Position numbers and translations under genes: made by a program. This document shows positions 52,101 to 64,000 of a stretch of 64,000 nucleotides of DNA, piece after piece (position 1 is the first letter of the stretch; each line of letters begins with the position of its first letter). A model generated the notes under the pieces. That model saw only the letters and a list, made by a program, of their open reading frames with translations, made no database searches and was not told where the DNA came from. Source of the stretch: the human T2T-CHM13v2.0 reference genome, Homo sapiens; the NCBI RefSeq assembly GCF_009914755.1, contig NC_060927.1; one strand, given 5' to 3'.

Positions 52101-55100
52101 CATCTCCTCTTGATCAGACAGGCTGAGGTTCAGGGAATGTGAGCTGCTTCCAGGGTCTTGCTGGGAGAATTCAGGCCAAGGGGCTCCAAAACTACCTTAT
52201 TAGCTCCTGACCTTTCTCCACAAACTCCCCAGCCCCACTCCTCACTGCCACTTGGGCACCCACCTTCTCAAACATCAGAGGCTTCAGGGGAGGGCCCACA
52301 CTCCAGACTTCCAGGGCTTTGTTCAGTTCCTTCTGCTGCTCAGGGCCTGTCAGGGGAGGGGATGTTGAGGCAGTCCTTAGCCCCTGTCTCCTGCACTCTT
52401 CTTGGAGCCCTGTGCCTATTCTTGGTCTTTGCCAAGCCTGTCACTTACTATTCCCTGATCAAATCAAGAAGCCCCCTTAATTAATACTACAATCTCCCCT
52501 CTAGAAGCCCCAGTCTTCACCCATGTGTGCTCATGACCTCTGTGACCCTGTCCTCACCTGCAGGCCATAGCTAGACACTCCCCAGGAACCAATGGACTTT
52601 ATTTATTTACTTATTTATTTTGCCAAGAATCTGCCACAAGAACTGGGATGTGGGGTAGGCAGCAGGGAGAAGACCTACTGAGGGACCAGAGGATAAGCCT
52701 GAAACTATGGAGGAGTGAGGTTAGGAGGCCTGAGAGGTAGCAAATTGGCTGTAGATCCCCTAGGCCCTATCTTCCTTCTGCAGCACAGGCTGAGGACAGG
52801 ACAGGTTCAGGCCTTTGAAAGACAGCATGAGGGGCCAGGGCCAGGAGCCTCACCAAACTCAGCAGAAGCCGAAGCCAGCTCTAGATTACTAGCAAAGATG
52901 GGGGCCATCTGTTGGGGGTCAGGCTGTGGCAGCAGCTTCAGCAGCTCCCTGAGTGCAGTCCAGTCCTGTGAGCCAGGCAGCCCATGCATCTGGGCATACA
53001 GGTTGGCAGCTGCCAGTACGTAGAGGAGGTGTGTGTCCTGCAGCCAGACCAAGAGCAGGAACAGAGGCATGGGTGCATGGGGTGGGGGTCACTGTCCATT
53101 TGTGGATCTGTTTGAGTGCCTGCCTTTGCCTCACATGTAGACACCCATATATGCACAAGCATGGCTCTCTCTGGGCATCTGTGCATCTCTGCAGAATGCA
53201 GAAATGCCTACCTCTGCTCTGAGGGGCCACATCTCTATCTTGGAGCTCCCTACAGAATCCCACTCACTTGGTTGGTGTCAAACTCCAAGGGCTGGGGACA
53301 CTGTTTGGGACCTGACCAGAAGGGAGTTCCATCCTCAAGCACCTAGGTAGGTAAGTAGAAGCTGCTGGGCTCAGTCTGGTCCCCCTGAGCCCCCAGCGTC
53401 CCAACCCCTAGCCACACACTTTATTAGGTGGGAAGTGCCTCAGCAGCTGTTTGATGCCATAATGAAAGCAGAGTTTCCAGTGGCCAAGAGCCCACGCCAC
53501 ACAGTCTTGCCAGTTCTGTGGACGCACTCTCAGGACCCCAAGCACTGGCTTCAGTAAGGTGAGTGTCTGTGGCTCATCCATGTCTGCCAGGGAAGTGTGT
53601 GCCCTGCAGAGAGAGGAGGAAGTGTGAGACTGAGTCCTGCAGACTCATGCTTGGAGCCCTGGACTCCCATCTGCCTCTGTTGGTGGCCTTACTGTTGGTG
53701 GTGGTTGATGGTCTCTGCAGACAGTCGGAAGAGTTCTTCAAACTCATGCCGGGCCCACTGTGGAGGAGGGAGGAAGAATGAGGTATCAGGTGGAGAACAG
53801 GTCTGCAGCTGAGGGCTGAGCTGGGTGGGGTGGGAGTCTCCAGGGTGCTTCCTACCTGCAGGGTGTGCTCGGCTGTGCTAGGGAAGTACCGCACGGTACA
53901 GACAGGGTAGGGGGCATCCTCAGAAGCTGCAGCTGAGGCAGGGGCTCTGTAGGCCTCAGTCACATGTGGCATGAATACTGTAGCACTGCCCCAGGTGCCC
54001 GATGTGCCTGCCTCCAGCAGTGGCTTCAGATAGTGGGTGCAACGAGCAGCCACATAGCGCCCTGGCAGGGGAGCAGTGGGTCAGAAGTGGGACTGGCACA
54101 GCTGTGGGCAAGGGACTGACCTCCGAAGTCAAGCACTCACGGGCCTGGAAACTGTCCAGGGCAGCAGCCACACCATCCACACGGGAGAAAAAGTTATCCC
54201 CATAGATGTGCTCTGTGGTGGGATCCAGTGGGTAGGTGAGCGGGATCACCTGTAAGTCTGGGTTCAGGCCCCGGGCAGCTGCTGCAGCCACCTCTGCCTT
54301 GGGTCTCTGGGAAGAAGGCAGGAAGATGTTGGGTGGGAAGCTGTATGGGAGGACGGTCTGGGATGCAGGAGTGTGGAGAGGGGTCAGCACTCACACCAAC
54401 GTCCTGGGACCTGAAGAGGAACTGACGGCTGAGATTGGAGCGCTCTATGTGGTCCATGTCAACAACAGTCAAGCCCCCGCTGTTCCCGGCCCCCAGTCCC
54501 ACTAGGGCAAAGACTTTGAGCAGCTCACAACCAATGGCACCAGCGCCCACCTGTTGGCAGGAACAGCCTTAGCCAGAGGGGCTGGGCTGGCTCTCCCAAA
54601 GGCACCCCCAGTCTCACCCCACAGCTCACCAGGAGGTAGTGCTGGCGTCTCAGTTTCTCCTGAAAACCAGCCCCAAACACTGCAATTTGCCCATCATAGC
54701 GGCTGCCTCTCTAGGGGACAGAGACGGGGTCAGTGATGGCTACTGGCCTGCATCTCCTTCTTATACTGAGTTTTCTGAATCAGGACCTGGAGGGCATTCC
54801 TCATGCTTCTCCCCTAGTCCTGATTTTGGACAAGGCTTGCACCCCTATCCCAGGCTCTCACCAGGGCACAGTCCTCAGGACTGGGAAGGAGCTCCCCATC
54901 TTCCGGAAGACAATCGAGGGCATCAAAGTAAAGCCACTGGTCCAGAGGCATGAACTTCCTGGAGATTGCCTAGGGGCAGCACTTCAGGCTGGGCACTCCT
55001 GCCACCTCCTGACCCCCCTCAGATCCTGGCTGGAGGCTTCACCCAGGTTGGTGAAGGCTCCAGGGCTGCTCTCTAGCGCTGGGTGCCCTCTGACACACAC

Positions 55101-57665
55101 ACTGATCTCCACATCTTCCCAGTACCCCCCACACCTATGCCTCTGCCCACCTTCAGCACTTCCTGGGCAGCTACTGCACCCAGCATGGCCACCATAGGGC
55201 TCAAGACACCTGCACTGCTTAGGGCGACTGTCCGCACTAGGGCCTCATCCAGTGGCTCTTCCAGTGGCTCTTCCTCTGTCCGCTTCAGTGGTTCCAGGTC
55301 CCGGGCCAGGCCCACCACAGTCTCTGCATCAACCTGTTGGTAGGACTCTGTGGGCATAGTAGCCCCAGCCTGAGCTCTACTCCTGACTCAAATCCTTCCA
55401 GCCACCCTCCATCCACCCTGTTCCACAGAAGAGGAAGCAGAAGCCTGGGTGGGAAGGCCTGGCCCTGCTGCCAGCCTGCACAGCACCACCAGAGGATGCC
55501 CAGTACCAGACAGCAGTCCAGGAGGCTTCACTAATCTGAGTGCAGCTTCCAGCACAGATCTGAGGGGTCGGGGTGTAGCAGGAGTCCCCAGGATGTGTGC
55601 CTGGCACTTCCATGGAACCAGTCTCTACTCTAAAGGCTGCAGTGTTGGGAGATCAGACTTGGATTTGTGAATGGTCATTGTTGCCTCTGGCAGGTGGGAC
55701 CCCAATAAATGACAGAGGCTGGGGGTGGGAGCAACAGGACTACTCACAGGATCCCAGGGCTGGGGTGGCCGGCCATGGAGGTGCTGGAACTTGTGCAGTG
55801 CACAGAAGGCCTGATGCAGGCAGTGGGCATGGTGAACTTCCTGGGAGCTCTGGGCCACCACATGGGGCTGGAGCAGGGCTGTGTCCAGGGACTTCTGCAA
55901 GGGCACCTGGCTCAGGGTCTAGTCCAGAATGCTATGGGCCCCTCAAGGCGACCAAGCTCCCCTACCTCAGATGCACTTGCACTCACATGTCTCACAGTCT
56001 TGGGTCTCTTGACTTCAGTGATAGCCCCACCACGCAAGTACCGAGAGAAAGTTGTTGTGTCTCCAATCTCCAGGGACCCATCCTCTGAGGGAGTTCCAGT
56101 CTAGTCAGTAATGATCCTTGAGCCTGAGTAGTTCCCACACCCCATCCTATCTTGCATCTGTGTCCCAAACCTTGCTGCACCTTGTAGAAGGTGGAGGGAG
56201 AAAAACCCATCCCAAGGGCCAGGCTGTGCTCACTTCCAGTGGAGGCTTGGGCCCTGCACCTGGAATTGGAATGGGATTGGCTTACCCCGCACGTGGATAG
56301 ACCGGGGATCACAGTCGTTGAGCTCAACCATTCCCTCAATTCCCGAGAAAGTCACCAAGTCTCCATCACGGAAGTAGTGGGTATTGGCCCCTTTCCTCAG
56401 AGTGAGAATGCCAGGGGAGCCCTGGGTAGGAGGAGGCTTGGCTCAGGGTTGCCTGGACCTGCCTTCCACAGGCCCTGGCAGCCTCTCCTTGGTCAGCAGG
56501 TGAATGCCTACAGCTCAGCACCCACCTGGGAGATGTGCTGGATGGCAGCTGTCAGGGGTTCTGCCTCTGTGGGGTCCTGCACAGTGAAGTCCTCACCAAA
56601 GTCACAGAACAACTGCCTGAGATGGGGTGGTAGGGGTCACTGAGGTGGCTTACAGATTGTACTTAAGGATAGGGGATACTAGGGCAGGGCCAGAGGGCCA
56701 GAATTGGGAAAGGAATGCAAGGAGAGGCTTGGGAACTAGAATTTGAGAGGGTTACTGGAGCAGGTCTGGAGGCTAGGTTGGAGGAACCAGAGGGCAGGAC
56801 TGGGGACCAGAATCAGAAAGGCATGCTGGGATAGACCTGAGGCTGGTTGGAGGGGCACTGGAGCAAGCCTGGAGCTGAGGACAGCATGAGGCCAGTTGCT
56901 GGCTGTAATATGGTAGGCTGGGCAGGCAGTCTTACTCACCCCACGAGGCCCCGGGTGTCAGCCGCCAGAAAGCAAACTCCATGCTTATGACACAAGGTGC
57001 CCACCTTCAGCTGCTCCTCCAGCTTTGCAGCAGTCAGCACCACCACCTGGGTGGACACAGTGATCAGCAGGGCCAAAACCATTGCCCAGCCCTTCCTGCT
57101 CTTGAGGGCTGCAGGCCTGAGCTGACCTGGAAGTCCAACAGCAGGTCCTCAGTGATGTCACCCGTGTGCACGACGACCTGGACAGCTCTGTTGAGCTGAG
57201 CCAAGAGCTCTTGAGAGGCCTCGGCTCTGCTCCTTTCCAAGTCCTGCTCTGAGAGGAGAAACTAGGGAGAGAGCCAGTGCAGCCTGAGCAAAGACACTCC
57301 TCTTGGGCCGTGCCCCCACCTTGGTCTGGCAGCCCATAGCCCCCCAGGACACTTACCTGGGCAGCCAGGTCGGACCAGCAGGTGGGGTGGGGATCATGCA
57401 GAGTGAGGCTGCCCACACCCATCAGAACCAAGTTCTTGGCCACCTCGGCCCCCAGGCCCTGCAGGCCTGACACCAGGACCCTGGCTCCCTGAATCCTCTG
57501 CATGGCAGGTGAGCCCAGCACATACCTGTGGATGGGAAGCAGAAGGCAAGCAGTTGTAGATCAAGGTCTGAAGACCATCCCACTCTCCACCCCCCACCTC
57601 GGGCCTCACAGCTGTCTTGAATACAGCTCCTCATCCAGTAGCTTCGAAGCGTCCAGGGCATCCAT
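49185..57665 (-). CDS. UBA7: Ubiquitin-like modifier-activating enzyme 7 (ISG15 E1, UBE1L), 1012 aa, 24 coding exons
   Basis: Exons: 57665-57610, 57525-57357, 57261-57127, 57046-56940, 56616-56526, 56421-56286, 56084-55987, 55894-55748, 55333-55151, 54969-54862, 54710-54630, 54550-54395, 54306-54141, 54061-53856, 53757-53693, 53603-53420, 53342-53268, 53037-52854, 52346-52264, 51990-51898, 51805-51614, 50043-49951, 49875-49775, 49314-49185. All GT-AG, summing to 1012 codons plus stop. Motifs [35 protein letters not shown] (Cys599 at 53898-53900), [10 protein letters not shown]. Confidence 0.98.
50015..50123 (-). ncRNA. MIR5193: miR-5193 precursor hairpin spanning the UBA7 intron 21/exon 22 boundary
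   Basis: Inverted repeat AACTGGGATG..CATCCCAGTT (50042-50104). The minus-strand 3' arm UCCUCCUCUACCUCAUCCCAGU matches the recalled miR-5193. Confidence 0.8.
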
Positions 57666-57834
57666 CCTCAAACCTGGGGCTGAACAGTAGGCTGCAGCGC
57701 TCAGAGATAGGGTCTTTGTGTAGGTGGCGGTGACAGTAGGGGCCAGTGCCCTGCTGTAGCCAGTGCAAACAGGAACCAAGGCCAAGCGAATAAGGGACGC
57801 TGCTGGTCACAGCTCTCTTCCTGGCTCCTCTGGA

Positions 57835-57852
57835 GAAAAGAAAAGTGAAAGT
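57835..57852. promoter_or_regulatory. ISRE/IRF element at the UBA7 transcription start region
   Basis: GAAAAGAAAAGTGAAAGT, about 170 nt upstream of the ATG, matches the IRF-E consensus; UBA7 is an interferon-stimulated gene. Confidence 0.8.
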
Positions 57853-58019
57853 TAAACTATGCTCTGAGCTGGCTCCTGATCCTGCCTCCAGACGCCAGCC
57901 CCAGACAGGCCATTCAGGGTCTAAAACCTGGGATGAGTTCCAGGACTCTCAAGAGGTGATCAGTCTCTGAGTGTCAGACCTGAGGGTGGGAGGCATGGGG
58001 CAGCCACATTCACACATGT

Positions 58020-63975
<5,956 letters not shown>

Positions 63976-64000
63976 TTACCAAGGAGGATGAAGGAGCAGA

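Overview
Human (primate) genomic DNA, recognisable as the chr3p21.31 IP6K1-CDHR4-INKA1(FAM212A)-UBA7 cluster. Gene identity comes from recalled protein sequences; no database search was run. Bases 1-30239 are the Alu- and L1-saturated first intron of IP6K1 (minus strand), which carries two processed pseudogenes (COX6C and PHF5A). The non-coding first exon and CpG-island promoter of IP6K1 lie at about 29.7-30.8 kb. Three complete protein-coding genes follow, each with exons traced by hand through GT-AG junctions with consistent phase: CDHR4 (minus, 19 exons, 788 or 789 aa), INKA1 (plus, 2 exons, 287 aa) and UBA7 (minus, 24 exons, 1012 aa, catalytic Cys599). The MIR5193 hairpin sits on a UBA7 3' splice site. 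Bases 58-64 kb are repeat-dense intergenic DNA. Almost all other ORFs in the track are Alu or GC-rich artefacts. I found no convincing wholly new biological system. The best leads are a chimeric Alu+PHF5A retrocopy inside one target-site duplication (TSD), a COX6C retrocopy keeping ancestral residues, a WW-like C-terminal motif in CDHR4, and the MIR5193 hairpin, which covers the UBA7 exon-22 acceptor and contains a decoy donor.
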